This document shows, piece by piece, positions 25,601 to 31,332 of a DNA stretch of 60,036 nucleotides (within the stretch, counting starts at the first letter, position 1; each line of letters begins with the position of its first letter). Made by a program: the position numbers and the translations under genes. The DNA is from a virus (lineage: Duplodnaviria > Caudoviricetes), in the IMG/VR virus record IMGVR_UViG_3300020045_001588, positions 1 to 60,036 of that record; one strand, given 5' to 3'. The notes under the pieces were generated by a model. The model searched no databases. It had not been told where the DNA came from and saw nothing but the letters and a program-made list of their open reading frames with translations.

Positions 25601-26058
25601 TATATAGGCATAGCACTTTTCACGGATTCATCAAAGCTTGCTAATCCTTGAGTGATGTCCGATTCTGCAAATGCGTCATCATTCCCCAAACCATAAGAAA
25701 CGGCTTGTCCTGTAGCTACAATTTGCCCAATGAACTTGGAAGCAGTCATGGGAACTAGTCTCCACAGACCATTAATGAATTGCTTTGTAGCAGACTGATT
25801 CTCAGCTACTTGGTAGTCTAAATCTTGTGCTGCTCCTGTAAATTTTCCTGGTGATAGATACTCTTTATAGACCTCTGCGTCATTTTGCAAAGCTTGTACT
25901 TTTGGGGCTGTTACTGCATCAGTGCTCAATAGAGGAGAAATCTCTTCTTGTCTTGCGGCTTTTTCGGCTCGCATTTTCTGTATTCCAGGGTCTGCACCGA
26001 GATCCACACCACCAATGTCAGACAGGCTAAAGTTATAAGTATTACGTTGTTTTCCCAT
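7693..26058 (-). CDS. Virion RNA polymerase polyprotein (~6,120 aa) with SF1 helicase, two zincin-like motifs and a PD-(D/E)xK nuclease domain
   Basis: GSDFDVD catalytic loop (DFDVD at 14686-14700) preceded by YRVPS (~14805-14820) and ADAQGF (~15805-15822), as in crAss-type two-barrel RNAPs. SF1 motifs GIAGTGKT, IVDEY, LGDPTQ, VYRS, TVYDAQS, YTALSRAK (~21470-22250). HEVMH (18820-18834) and HEIAH (11725-11739). SEVSV...AGKIDSL...ILDYKTG (~10600-10710). Likely start is ATG 26058; the called TTG 26085 lies in the promoter box. Confidence 0.9.
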   Translation of the reverse strand: MGKQRNTYNFSLSDIGGVDLGADPGIQKMRAEKAARQEEISPLLSTDAVTAPKVQALQNDAEVYKEYLSPGKFTGAAQDLDYQVAENQSATKQFINGLWRLVPMTASKFIGQIVATGQAVSYGLGNDDAFAESDITQGLASFDESVKSAMPIYATRAYDGKSLLEQMGTSKFWADDVGDGVAFLAAQVIGTKFMGAGLNTIGKGAAFLAKGTGAATLLESVPGAAKVANAIANNYSAVTAGIVNAGFSGALQAQDTRSQITQKLEGKVNPSTGLQYTPEEIKDVASAHAADTFNATFLTHIAPAIWESKIILGLSKSKLADLHATVVDAVDRKGLTTWENIYEGISESVLQKNVGKEALKGAVKGAAIEGLWEENIEQSIQNFDVKAGLNDKNVGVGDRTLNYLSGLLTNLGTKEGQKAVVLGMILGAPMGAVESASQARDQNSKMGDWLNGLRKSDSMYNADIKSLYLKHQEDGTNHKKGDLVLGEDGNPVRDLEAHGKLLMQIANNKELFDRQMVSMLTGNSDMAKLNENMALSAAVYREMETGRLENAGDDALTFLKWRTKKSIEERAKVEEKDKDVDTATKAVADANTPDGKEGELESDIVASKSKAEISQFDAKGRADIAKTVNQSLQKIDNMSDAYKKSVALANGLVKANQKGKRAAFNKVVEKGLFYEEIKRQSIDDMVQDRQALISDPLADQKKLSDEILKLAAMKADSIEKSKQYLYNTDEVFNAWEVPQTVVESAAEVLLDKKATERQKSTAMYTMDEVIANEGLRKELNNTELGVRMSDQNEEAITENISDRVESPIGNRNKFFYQAALDQTRMQTLTDKIAAYRRGEIPLKDVLGYAKENISHLDYMTAQKLSALTEEEAGKVVALQEDLDNTPEYLEPEDEEDLVGPINEDYIQKNIELSDKIEDLKNAREVLAQKTEESALDKINNKSKNVDDYLKELYAREYFVKGNHVIDTALNPDGSVKDDYFDPGNMVQRAIDDLTRVRDAFEDRNDVQNLKHIVIEANDLLTRLYKIRDIVNANKADREKRQQSIGFEEASLVVSQIKANPILFQYIDSVLNGTFDKAIQDILGLAAYHYEALSALLAKVKSLAGPSQISKIRDIIASRQDAISAEVMSRSKRETPINREFGSNPRAVFMDVWSNMAQVTKYPRVSQNKGGLYSNFKRTDDLADLKKQVQALPDDTTQLGMPKEDFISLLNLYENALGFNKLLSLLNVDVKDVATSEIKMAETEQFAPTAQQEIAIREGISWISGKDRHAFLRGIAGTGKTNVVLRWILDNSKTDKSRILSTALTKTASEVLGKATGTKTIPFNEIKPEDLSDIDMVIVDEYATIPSNVLWNFMSNKVRILLLGDPTQITPRLSSSDDVTNVVTYSTAAQIHVINPLTVVYRSDVSAVNEASDVFQDNNQPVTLLSVRANKDISQALALGVHTTTDRSQIEAVLKRNIAADPNRTRAIIVGTPGAVEDYQGLGADVMTVYDAQSKTYDEVYVDMESKNFGDDPQAFNTAMYTALSRAKKYALTIFNGTGKNIVDASLSTEGVTNDDKSREAKSNYIKAKTFELSMIDGLNSGKTVKETAKTSKPDVADAGEDAIIKEAEITETTDENVEIIASAPSESEALEDNIDPEFMGAVDTDSEESVETLTEIPAYMESPEVVDYVDGEAYKAIKRGDIGIGSGVLYIHHKNVSGEDTVTQIAQTKDGKWVKIGVIFGGMLSNPKYEDLRSGLTSDNQMPNLLNMDILNGSRTNGEPYTKADLQKFVVGEGTIGMANYLKFLYEGINKASKTVAKDLEDIFARRFFYNSEIDRSKNIKFKIFTDTEVGGRGWTHDFKPVPGIPYAVVGANNTKNYQGAKFVRLQANAIEKTSPQVVLLKTLADSIEEMEKITGLVMGDKNYNDVIRIFRNSLKIVEDKKNSPEGVITVARVELEPDFDESAYDIARREYFIADKRNPDKQPDFLRLLSEEKRQNAIQAVQKVAMQLYGVKKEEGRFTQEEIDLMGADYEAVEPKTKKTNKEGKPVFYAKLKSSPKKHDYEKVYRLSTSNSKTQIALDQIARANEYVGNQRIRVQQYTSGSNRKKSYKAKSLIAATGGNTKLYEMMKIAAAYMLDNTQNYTESEKMDAVRTWVEDNNLLGTQEGAIQTLYNQMSMIEGEEGQEVREKMDEAMAKKETSNLSLNTLKTITADENYVDGKHLTQNKYKFKNRSGANVTKQTYIRKPLMIDEFNDLGDSPFDNAEALGNLVHTTFSGILPTAITVEKLSKVTPESTESTKPLPTAAKEVPLLEEEQVTSTRIDEILDLMDKTDSFDELSKLNDKLKQLKARRAFDSEVNTDRGSIIRLSDAMADIKKMLPAITQDQIQFLNTAAIQRLSKPGEKLLGLFADHTLFLRSENDTVYDKVVRHEVMHAIYNDYLSDREKKQLRSSLDPTYALTEEQFDEHLANLFMNWQEGPRELGLGKFVDRIFKKILSWFNLYSQNKDIVEEVFQKIEAGKYTTPLQGAIPVRRAFSEIEKNYGNVKTYRDAVDRMQSVIKRSVMNSSLISSPLTMSESKEYVRQTLVKELEQYQREARVAKKLQFLATTEAEATKAFDDLEKITTDMNTLSKLFPLKSDGTLSNKVFNSLWKDQYPSFKFEDGDIVSSFEEEEGYLPTDEALASDIETPSNDIQELTLQADEKNNESKTTEGVKNFLSFIYRPSGVRVNPRFAYLVCLKTLNSLVAGEGNLVDQIRSAAEFLNINLGASGTMSDASYVVQKVISTYETATSEDYIDNRKEHIKLLPNARFFGDNKFVYSENALSDYSARVVSQITKNDKVIDRLSGESTPAFVARVSRESKLSKEHIIGYFKQNQAQETIRELMSIMLSQREASPLIAEEARIGDIGQQSTILRYFNAQFYGAERAIAGDIEKAISSKFQKIPQDTWSYATQQSEDGKKASLVDRVQSLLKAMGLKKDKSQINDINANEVLNNLIAFKNVVSDAYKDGLKVIENDEGYLGESEDIRYKDIEYLLSQDKSIVNNILSLLSTGGDDGRPAKYTSTDGTTRYSFHNSSQALETMQRVVNVTSNFIKKATLPKHLTTVWAKFNPFVEGKLNTIHRIIDHDGQRREGGEEFGKGYSDENIMENLKRQFSYGFLSYIKGNTLKSSDKVKYIQYFYTISNRPRLLGSEVNLLKPKELRESMGRMLSQLLSQDSSHPVKNYSIYKTTNAEELGDAIKSVVGELNSDTYAKLQADSNLFNAVLDKFEANLKELSKRVASTLVANDVPIGDDVASTVRLLNEGKRGYISKDAKIPNLVGREVGVLGYTEEDVLAIAELWVANNYVNSYFMNQLVTGNYNYFKNAEDLVKRMSGVFAPGIKPFSDSLNKFFAPKTFKVSISNDPIMLADEISKVFIEKDTALYKDWKDGKPVEIADAQGFMLPSRADELVAGLGQSYGAGAIFKAAHYEITKDGVPVMIKYSSAVLTDDLVNKYPKLKKEKEAMIEAGVSEKIYITGNKVGVPLSAAETPTIFEEAKAFKINEESVIELSNENYRLQLNPNHATDSAVSIFTQLAYFVNVLGKVNPEAGVVNDAAATEIYTAISNLVEHGSKKIDKKLDSKGRVTVEELKKTLTGAGNERIAEMLEHLSYNMPNIVDKALIQLMNMFAKSTVKIKFKGAKFTLQSAYGFEMIKPGSNRYNRLSDGDKAAHDLNWSAYGEKARTGQKTESRLLEYRTDENGRLYAEVLIDKSFADKAKIGAFLMPDMMSYRVPSTELHSAITLKVAGYYDSRGSNVIVAPPELVKQHGSDFDVDALYVVHRESFGKGLELFGIVDGTPPGYFLNEVGKYVFDKTGTEVKIAQMYSDAGTDATKINEVDRFYEMFQRNIIVENFIDVISNPVNIQRIAEPISTQVISDAIDLLGLDSKRRIDLSNPLDNLVMFNSNFQGLKLVGTFANAVKSLAYMLKSGNRFGRIDNILNHNKNSEHLQSYVPIWETNPALMDIGSKEEFRLFYERTHFMLGGPEKEFNEIYTSGDSLEDLNANKLTSITNKAEIANRFQKYQDIRKKQTVSNYTYPKLLISTSEDRTVKIVDKEYSQFVEKPKEGKTIWQVLDALINTSVDNVKDQLLYKINATNSTGNIYAAALAIGMEFKDAVITMLQPISLKHTEVGKDLDGVYSSVLGHINSKMPDGEQYKIFSDIKETKVPSENQMRSMMNRTLEELSLSELLLQAGLLKEYAKLSDLGTDISTFSSAVGIMQDMPVLYEDIEKKQEYWNKIGTVDADNNFTPNPNFGFQVTNLFKRQPNIAAAYKVFQRAKEVAQMSFMKHSPQIDLFVDEIIQSSRIKMSYKNNKKLIKNEVVSYLVSSFYGEETRNEPPFHYLYNKKPKVLTNKFAWSQRFVESIEAAKKDSDNKFLKKLSVSTSYGLKRLEFSMSSNADYTDNLEMQEAFEAITDPQLKRDLVKYAVLNYGLKFGVRNYSMYIPTQYLKPIDDYIRKIDTRVRKATFAQNVEGNKVLDSGVLHNMRSNFELRLAINNVEKLPFISTKKMKAIATEGKTILVNTSAGQKEVADYRGITEDGMYFYNRKYENPYDDSGLTKKFGENDFPKYIRTSDNVALIRLNNPFEDFVYYQKIGMRNYLGGYDVSREALDGSYNLDTYFGPFIVPVPVEDINSTDITTNNEYIQPGMKVIVHSYNNESRDQGKFGIVQAVAKDMMNPDSVKLGIKFSDSNVVSTQEKALMDKFQPMAIAMTERFGIPIEIVRAHNMPMKESATKGMIHNGTMYINADKANGETFLHEIAHPLVKAIMDKNPEWYQKLMLEFVQSDDYKTITQQVKKAYPELSKDEQLVEALVTALGKAAYKQLGDTSNSLMRRLLRSVGRAIKAIIEKLGVFNVDSLSDERASLLSINDLGYILANGKTIKLDLSKYAMEVGTVRSKPDSTVPGEGSVIEDILDAAKLIEDPEVDENGVQSDSYGIRESIGGDIVTAVKRVSSLLGNFSLKRFELVDSNGKPFMSTTEAIVNAEAEYAFKNIPAGELYEEEGIQYTKEEFIKFKNSIYRQWQVKGDLIHALLQYQIAIMNGDTSEQNRMARRVEELEMLSTTAKGGYNWVIEKENFTAIMKNAGINIGANVPVGLKDTVYSEVSVYNADMKVAGKIDSLIVKPSGKLKILDYKTGSRMQKSKLTRMMYYGSQEFDIYDNPVSQAKLQTMIYSVIVKASNPKALFEAPVVMHIPDKYQAKNPRNALQVEVRDYLSMIEQYYKNEEPQAYTKMIANSPRLFNPADYGGTTNTSFTQDLIDKKGNVRDVEMLRRYEIELEQLETSVSIRGMEGTNYKGQWYPSELQKRDKLMFKILQAKSVLGLPKQSSKDYDISKFTMWLGTIHDTHNPYIQAYSQAVDEARAKVYAEYDVVEYEFNSKMTAALEEKLGKRSALEKAFSPVDKKKLFSDLIVTNIKVAEDGHNIATRGLITEADDQWKNLTQAQKDLVIFMRTHMKNIFNEVLVSGPGAVIDEINGVPRTKLSIYNQNAGGNFQMSNSFIPKVGITSSELKFQAISGGVDAIKKYLKHQVAKRLSMFYEENETGDLDKQYGIPIKYIGSSNKPHNPDIHTSNLELAFKTYMQHMINKKYYDSVYALGNSVKGFLQLQTDVHNNPINENSAKFLEYHMTRNLVGKLKDTDDISRKKFKLFTNSNGKNVYFSPMKASRILSSSFAASALWLKVPSATKNAMQAMWAVSKESLVNSLGSTSWGGIDVSKQDLSLKNHSKAYGDWMSYQAASMKGEGKAHPVHVFVKTFRMFPEMSELGYKTRGMVSDGGTVWDVNNLSILYSYPEAMTTAVIAIDAMNSMKIQSGPYAGKSMWEVYRDSVVVDPVSGEGKFELPADFTRGKLRMGDGVTQELRELNFMEIQKLHAVVRRVKGGYRQEERSMIEATALGEMFMLFRRWLPTTILLAAKSKQYDYSIGTLQKTEEEDVYEWQARLTEGKWRTMGGFISNLVMKNQKNGYNWADLSDMQKKNVIDFGITFSTWSMTSALVAAMFGDSDDEDSVRKFASDMNSRLTEQWNPISITKGFVQEPSVVKGVLELLQGLASLGMATAHMATGGDDSNIYTKRGDIKGANQVLKYIPVESAFYDAEKFIDNSEYFSE

Positions 26059-26082
26059 TTCTGTAAAAGCTTTGTTAAGTCG

Positions 26083-26090
26083 CAAATATA
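26083..26090 (-). promoter_or_regulatory. Bacteroidota -7 promoter box TATATTTG
   Basis: TAnnTTTG 25 nt upstream of the polyprotein ATG, directly after a terminator. Confidence 0.65.
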
Positions 26091-26094
26091 TGGG

Positions 26095-26123
26095 AAAAGA
26101 AAAAGAGTTCCTAATTGGAACTC
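26095..26123 (-). terminator. Intrinsic terminator
   Basis: Minus strand GAGTTCC-AATTA-GGAACTC followed by TTTTTCTTTT, 30 nt after the stop of the 822-aa gene. Confidence 0.75.
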
Positions 26124-26152
26124 CCTTCTAAAACAACCAATAATAGTAATCT

Positions 26153-28621
26153 TTAGTCCGTGATATTTGTAGTAGGAGATGTCCTCATTACATTCTTCAT
26201 CCCTTCTTTACCTAGTGCATTTACTATATCTAATGGGCTTTCTTTATTGACTAGTTGAGTCTTTACATACTTACCATTTGTGTCTTTGTACATCAAAGTG
26301 TATAGTGGTATCTTCTTTTTGTCTAGACCCGCCTCAGTCACCTTCACATAAAACTCATCATTCAATTTGTATGGCGTGGCTGAAGGTAATGCGTTGTACA
26401 GTTCGCCAGGAGTCATGTCAGTAATCTGAGACCAACCTGCACCCTGTACAGCAGTTTGTAAATTATATTTAGCTTCTGTTTCTGTAAGAAGTTTACCCGA
26501 GTTTTGCAGTAAGCCAGCAGACATTTCTGTAGGTAAACTCTTACTTACGTTTGGTAGAATTACTGTCAGCTTTTTACCCGACGGCAAAGTTACGGTAGCA
26601 GTGGCTTCTCCATTTGCCCCTCTAGTATCCGCATTTATACGGGCAGTAAGTCTGCTCAGTTTCTTGTTATAGTCTGAGTCTGGATTTGCTCTATCGGAAT
26701 CACTTACTTTAGTAAAAATTCCACTAAGTTCTTTATCTATTACTTCTTTAAGAGGTAGTCCTGTAGACATTACTATTCCTGGTATAGTGTTATCTTTTAA
26801 ACCTCGCTCTATAAAATCTGTTTGTTGTTTAAAATAACCACTAGTACTTGGTTCAAAAATAGTAGAGCTAGTCTGTAATGCTTTTTTAACTGCACTACCA
26901 TCTTCTTGCATCATCTTTTCTACAGTAGTTAAATACTTTTGTTTAGCTTTTGCCAGGATACTAGCTTTATTGTTTGTGCTTGCCGCTATCATTGGATTAA
27001 ACTGAGCCAAGTATTCTGTACTAGATTTACCAGTATTTACAAGTTCTTCTGGACTAGTAAGCATTCTTTTAAACTCTCCTAAGCCAACTGCACTATTAGT
27101 TTTAGATAAAGACTCCTGTCTGTACTCTCTGTATAAGGACATTACATCTACAGCGTCATAAATTTTTTGAAGTTTATCCTGGGCTACGTTTGCAGTGTTA
27201 TTTGCTGCGTTCCACCCACGAAATGCTACAATCATGTTTTGGGCTGCCTGTTCTTTACCTTCGTTTTTAAGCTTGATTATCAGTGCATCTTGTTTAACTC
27301 TATCATTTAGATAACCATTAACTGTGTTCTTGTACTCACCAGCAGTTTTTGTAGTAGGTGCAGGTAATCCCAAAACAGAAGCAACTGCTGACTCTAGTGC
27401 AGGTCTGTTACCTTCTAACTGATTACGAGCGTCAACAGCAGTATTATGAATTTTATCCACGCTGATATTTTCAATACTGTCATCTGTAGCTATAGACAAA
27501 GTATTCACACTTCCAAGATTAGTTGCTGCATTGGCTACCGCTGCTGCTCTTGCTTCATAGTCTGGGTCTACTTTTGCATCTAACTCCATCTTGTCTATTT
27601 TAAGTAGGTTGCTGATGAAGTTAATGTGTGGTTCTATAATCTGATTACGTACTTTGTTACGAACATAGTCTCTATCTGCTTCTGCCTGAGAACGTCCCTG
27701 AGTTTTGTAATTGTTTCGTAAGTAATCTACAGGACGAGTTTTTAAAGCATCCATACTGATACCATGAGCATTTGCGTAAGTACGTATTTGGCTTTCAGAG
27801 TTTCCATATCTCTTGAGTTCCTCATACTTACTCACATTACCTTTTTGGGCTATCCCTGTAATCTGCTCAGGAGTTAACTGGTAAGTCGACAGCTCTACAT
27901 CCCTTTCTATCATAGCCTTAATCTCAGGGTCATTCTCCATACGCTGCTTAGCAAGAATGGCTAGTTCCGCAGGGGTACGTTTAGCAGTCTTAGTAGACTG
28001 TAGAAGTTTACCATCTGGACTGGTAGAGTATCCTGTCTGTCTTTCAGTAGCTTCTAACTCTTTGAGAATCTCAGCATTCCTTTTATCTATGTCCACATCC
28101 TTAGCATACGCCCAATCCTGTATAGCACCCAAGGCAACCCTACCAGACTCATCTCGTATCAGATTACCGAACTGGTCCCTACCTGCTCTGTTCATGTGCT
28201 GAATTTTTCCCAAAATCTTATTCTTAGTTTCGGGGGAGAATATGCTTGTATCTTGTAGCACTCGCTCTTTAATATTCTGCATACCTTTAAGCCGATTAAC
28301 TAGAGGCACGTATTCAGAGGAAAACTTTTGAGCATCCCTCTTAGTACGTCTTGACATATTCTCATAGTCACCTCTAGTCGCTCTTTCTTTTAAACCCGTC
28401 ACATACTTTTGTTTTAACTCATTAGCATAAGTAGTATCCTCCTCAGTATCAAGGTGTTGCATATTACCCATAGCTTCTAAAAGACTATCATCAGTATTAG
28501 CCGCTTCATTGTACCTGGCTTTCACTGCGTTACTATACTCTTTTAATTCAGGAATAACATTACCTACATACTGAGAAATGTATGTGGAGTTATCCAATTT
28601 ATGTCCATCGTATAAGCTCAT
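26153..28621 (-). CDS. Putative ejected cargo/internal virion protein (822 aa)
   Basis: Helical, charged protein immediately upstream of the RNAP gene, the position of cargo genes in crAss-like phages. Confidence 0.65.
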   Translation of the reverse strand: MSLYDGHKLDNSTYISQYVGNVIPELKEYSNAVKARYNEAANTDDSLLEAMGNMQHLDTEEDTTYANELKQKYVTGLKERATRGDYENMSRRTKRDAQKFSSEYVPLVNRLKGMQNIKERVLQDTSIFSPETKNKILGKIQHMNRAGRDQFGNLIRDESGRVALGAIQDWAYAKDVDIDKRNAEILKELEATERQTGYSTSPDGKLLQSTKTAKRTPAELAILAKQRMENDPEIKAMIERDVELSTYQLTPEQITGIAQKGNVSKYEELKRYGNSESQIRTYANAHGISMDALKTRPVDYLRNNYKTQGRSQAEADRDYVRNKVRNQIIEPHINFISNLLKIDKMELDAKVDPDYEARAAAVANAATNLGSVNTLSIATDDSIENISVDKIHNTAVDARNQLEGNRPALESAVASVLGLPAPTTKTAGEYKNTVNGYLNDRVKQDALIIKLKNEGKEQAAQNMIVAFRGWNAANNTANVAQDKLQKIYDAVDVMSLYREYRQESLSKTNSAVGLGEFKRMLTSPEELVNTGKSSTEYLAQFNPMIAASTNNKASILAKAKQKYLTTVEKMMQEDGSAVKKALQTSSTIFEPSTSGYFKQQTDFIERGLKDNTIPGIVMSTGLPLKEVIDKELSGIFTKVSDSDRANPDSDYNKKLSRLTARINADTRGANGEATATVTLPSGKKLTVILPNVSKSLPTEMSAGLLQNSGKLLTETEAKYNLQTAVQGAGWSQITDMTPGELYNALPSATPYKLNDEFYVKVTEAGLDKKKIPLYTLMYKDTNGKYVKTQLVNKESPLDIVNALGKEGMKNVMRTSPTTNITD

Positions 28622-30555
28622 TACCTTCTAGTTTTTTGGGTATTTTGTTGCAATTTTTTAGTACGTTGTTCTGTATAGTCATTAGCAAGTCCAGCCTTCT
28701 CAGCTTTACCGTCAGCTAGTATTGTAGTACTATCTTTGTAACCACTGAGTACTTGATTTGCTCTATCCAGATACGACGCTTTATCCTCCTTGTTAGAAGT
28801 CTCTAGTTTTTTACCTATAGCTTCAACCTCTGCATAATGCTCAGGAGTCAATATCTTTTTCAGTAATGGTGATGCACCTCTGATAGTTGCTCCAGTTTCA
28901 TCTTGCAAAATAGTAAGAAGCATTTTATTCTGGTCTAATTCCTGAGCATTTTTATCTCGTTGTATAGCCTGCAACTTATTCCCTACATCCGATAGGTTGG
29001 TAGAGTCTAACTGTTGTTGCTTCATTTCCTTAGATACCAAATCGTTATTGTAGTTATTCTGTCTCTCTACATTTCTGGCTTTAATCTGTGCGTTCATCTG
29101 TTGAAACTGGGTAGCTATCTGAGAGTTAGCATTTGCTTCTGCCTGGTTTACTGCGTTCACAGCTTTAATACCCTGGCTTAGATTTGCTGCTCTAGTAGCT
29201 ACTACTGCTTGACCAGTACCCAAAGAACGTTCTGCAACTTTGTTCGCACTACGCACTTGACTCTTAGCCTCGGCACGGTCAGCCCCAAAACTAAGAAAAC
29301 TTGGAGTGACTGTAGACTCTTGAGCAGGTACAGCAGGATTAGGCAGACGCTTTAAAGCATTAGATATGTTAGAAGCAAATGGTGCTATTTTATTACCTGC
29401 CTCTTGCAACTTGTCACCTACCAGAGATAAAGATACGCCCGCTTTAGTTCTGCCTGGCTTTACTCCTTTAGGTATATCAAATTGACTTGGTATCTGTGGT
29501 AACTGCTTTATCTCTTCTCCTACTGTGCTCTTGAATCCTTTAGCCTTTAGTGGGGTTCTACCGTCTGAAACATCATTAGCACCATCTCTTGCTTTTTGCC
29601 AAGCTTTTCCCAAATCAAATTGGAAGTGTTCTTCAAATGGTATCTTGGGGAGTGTACCACCCTTAGCCATTACTACATTCTCAGTAGCTTTCTTACCTTG
29701 AAGCACTGTAGCAGTCTTATCAATATCATTGTCTAATCCCATCTGACGCTTAGTATCCTCTTGTGCAATTTTGAGGAATCCCTCTTTACGTACTAGAGCT
29801 TTCTGTGTCTGGATAGATAACGAAGTACTTGGTCGCTTCTCATTCTTCTCCATAGACTTTGCTATTGTTTTGTGCCTATCAGCGAACCCCAAATCTTTAG
29901 AAAATACGAAGTTGCCAGAAGTAGTTTCACCACCTTCTACCTCGACACCAGGAAACTTCACACCTCCCTCAGCATGGCTTCTACCTTTAATCTCTGTGGT
30001 GTTGGCTGACATTTGTGCTGCATCCCCACCAATAGCTCTTACAGACATCTTTCTAGGAGAGATAGCTACATCGGGCAATAAGTCTGGTAACTGATTAACG
30101 CTCTTAGGCATCCCCAAACTTAAATCAAATGACTTAGACGGTGAGCCCTTTACAGTACCTCCGTATCTCATCTCTGCGTTTGGATTGCCATATTTAAGTT
30201 CTGGGTTATCTTTCAATCGTGCAGCAAGTTTACTATTTCTATCCAAGACAGCATTATCCAAAATCTGTCTTTCTATATTCTTCTTCTCCTCTAATGCTTT
30301 CTTGTTTCCCAAAAACGATGTGACTCCTCCCACTACAGCACCAACACCCATACCGATTGGCCCCAATGCAGCACCTGCCATAGCACCGCTCAAAGCCCCT
30401 GACGCAGCAGCAGTGCCTCCATCTCTAGTGCCATACTTATCTACTGGAGATAGTCCGTCGATTAAACCTGTAGCAATCTGCCCTGCTCCCATCCAACCTC
30501 CGCCTGCTGCTCTCTTTATCCTAAGAGCTCCTAAATTTTTTGCTTCTCTTTTCAT
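28621..30555 (-). CDS. Putative ejected cargo protein with Gly/Ala-rich membrane-type segment (644 aa)
   Basis: GALSGAMAGAALGPIGMGVGAVVGGV hydrophobic stretch; GRSHAEGGV...EVEGGE motif typical of this crAss gene family; repeated xxGG motifs; Q/N-rich coiled coil. Confidence 0.7.
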   Translation of the reverse strand: MKREAKNLGALRIKRAAGGGWMGAGQIATGLIDGLSPVDKYGTRDGGTAAASGALSGAMAGAALGPIGMGVGAVVGGVTSFLGNKKALEEKKNIERQILDNAVLDRNSKLAARLKDNPELKYGNPNAEMRYGGTVKGSPSKSFDLSLGMPKSVNQLPDLLPDVAISPRKMSVRAIGGDAAQMSANTTEIKGRSHAEGGVKFPGVEVEGGETTSGNFVFSKDLGFADRHKTIAKSMEKNEKRPSTSLSIQTQKALVRKEGFLKIAQEDTKRQMGLDNDIDKTATVLQGKKATENVVMAKGGTLPKIPFEEHFQFDLGKAWQKARDGANDVSDGRTPLKAKGFKSTVGEEIKQLPQIPSQFDIPKGVKPGRTKAGVSLSLVGDKLQEAGNKIAPFASNISNALKRLPNPAVPAQESTVTPSFLSFGADRAEAKSQVRSANKVAERSLGTGQAVVATRAANLSQGIKAVNAVNQAEANANSQIATQFQQMNAQIKARNVERQNNYNNDLVSKEMKQQQLDSTNLSDVGNKLQAIQRDKNAQELDQNKMLLTILQDETGATIRGASPLLKKILTPEHYAEVEAIGKKLETSNKEDKASYLDRANQVLSGYKDSTTILADGKAEKAGLANDYTEQRTKKLQQNTQKTRR

Positions 30556-31331
30556 CTGTACGTAGGATTAAGTGTTATGTCTACATCGTGTAAAGTTAGC
30601 TGTTTGTTCATATAATTATCAAACTCGAATCTAACTATAAAATATTTACCTTTCATAACCTTCTGTTTATACCACGGAGGATTAGAAGCTAGTCCTTGAG
30701 GCAGTATAGCAAAATTCTTGAACAACGTGTCTATAAACTCAGTATTCTCTAATGCCAAGTCCCTAAACTTATTGAAACTCCAATTCTCATGTACGTTTCT
30801 ATTGTTTACATTTTTTAATGGAGGATTATTTCTATTCAATAGTATTCTGCCAGATGTCTGAAAGTTATTCCAAATGGTGATGGCAGTTATAGTTTCGCTT
30901 GATAACGCTATCTCGTTGTCGTCAACCAGCTTATTACCAGAGTCTCTAATTTCAGAAATCCAGTTAAGGGTATTCAGCAAGAAAGTTTCCTTGTCTTTAA
31001 ACACCACATCTACAAAGAAAGGTCTGACACTATCATGATACAAACCTCTTGGACCTTTATTGTTTTGGAAGACCTTGCTATTCTTAAAGTTGAATAAGTT
31101 AGTTCTAGTATTTGTGTAATAGTCTGGTAAATAATCATGAAAGAATACCCAGTTCTTTTGTGGGATACTATAACTCAAAGTAAAGCTATGGTCTATCAAA
31201 TCTTCTTGGTTTGGGAGATCCTCAAACTGTAAACACTCTCCGTCGATTTCGACAAGATATACACAAGAACCATCATCCACCGTTGCCAGTGGATTATAGT
31301 TCTTTGCTGTGGGGTTCATACATCCATTCAT
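30552..31331 (-). CDS. C-terminal part of tail stabilisation (muzzle) protein with an N-terminal GCxxxxAxNYxxxAxxDDGSC repeat
   Basis: ATG 31331, 1 nt after the upstream TAA. SFTLSYS...WVFFHDYLPDYY and MKGKYFIVRF resemble the C-terminus of crAss stabilisation proteins. Confidence 0.65.
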   Translation of the reverse strand: MNGCMNPTAKNYNPLATVDDGSCVYLVEIDGECLQFEDLPNQEDLIDHSFTLSYSIPQKNWVFFHDYLPDYYTNTRTNLFNFKNSKVFQNNKGPRGLYHDSVRPFFVDVVFKDKETFLLNTLNWISEIRDSGNKLVDDNEIALSSETITAITIWNNFQTSGRILLNRNNPPLKNVNNRNVHENWSFNKFRDLALENTEFIDTLFKNFAILPQGLASNPPWYKQKVMKGKYFIVRFEFDNYMNKQLTLHDVDITLNPTYR

Positions 31332-31332
31332 A

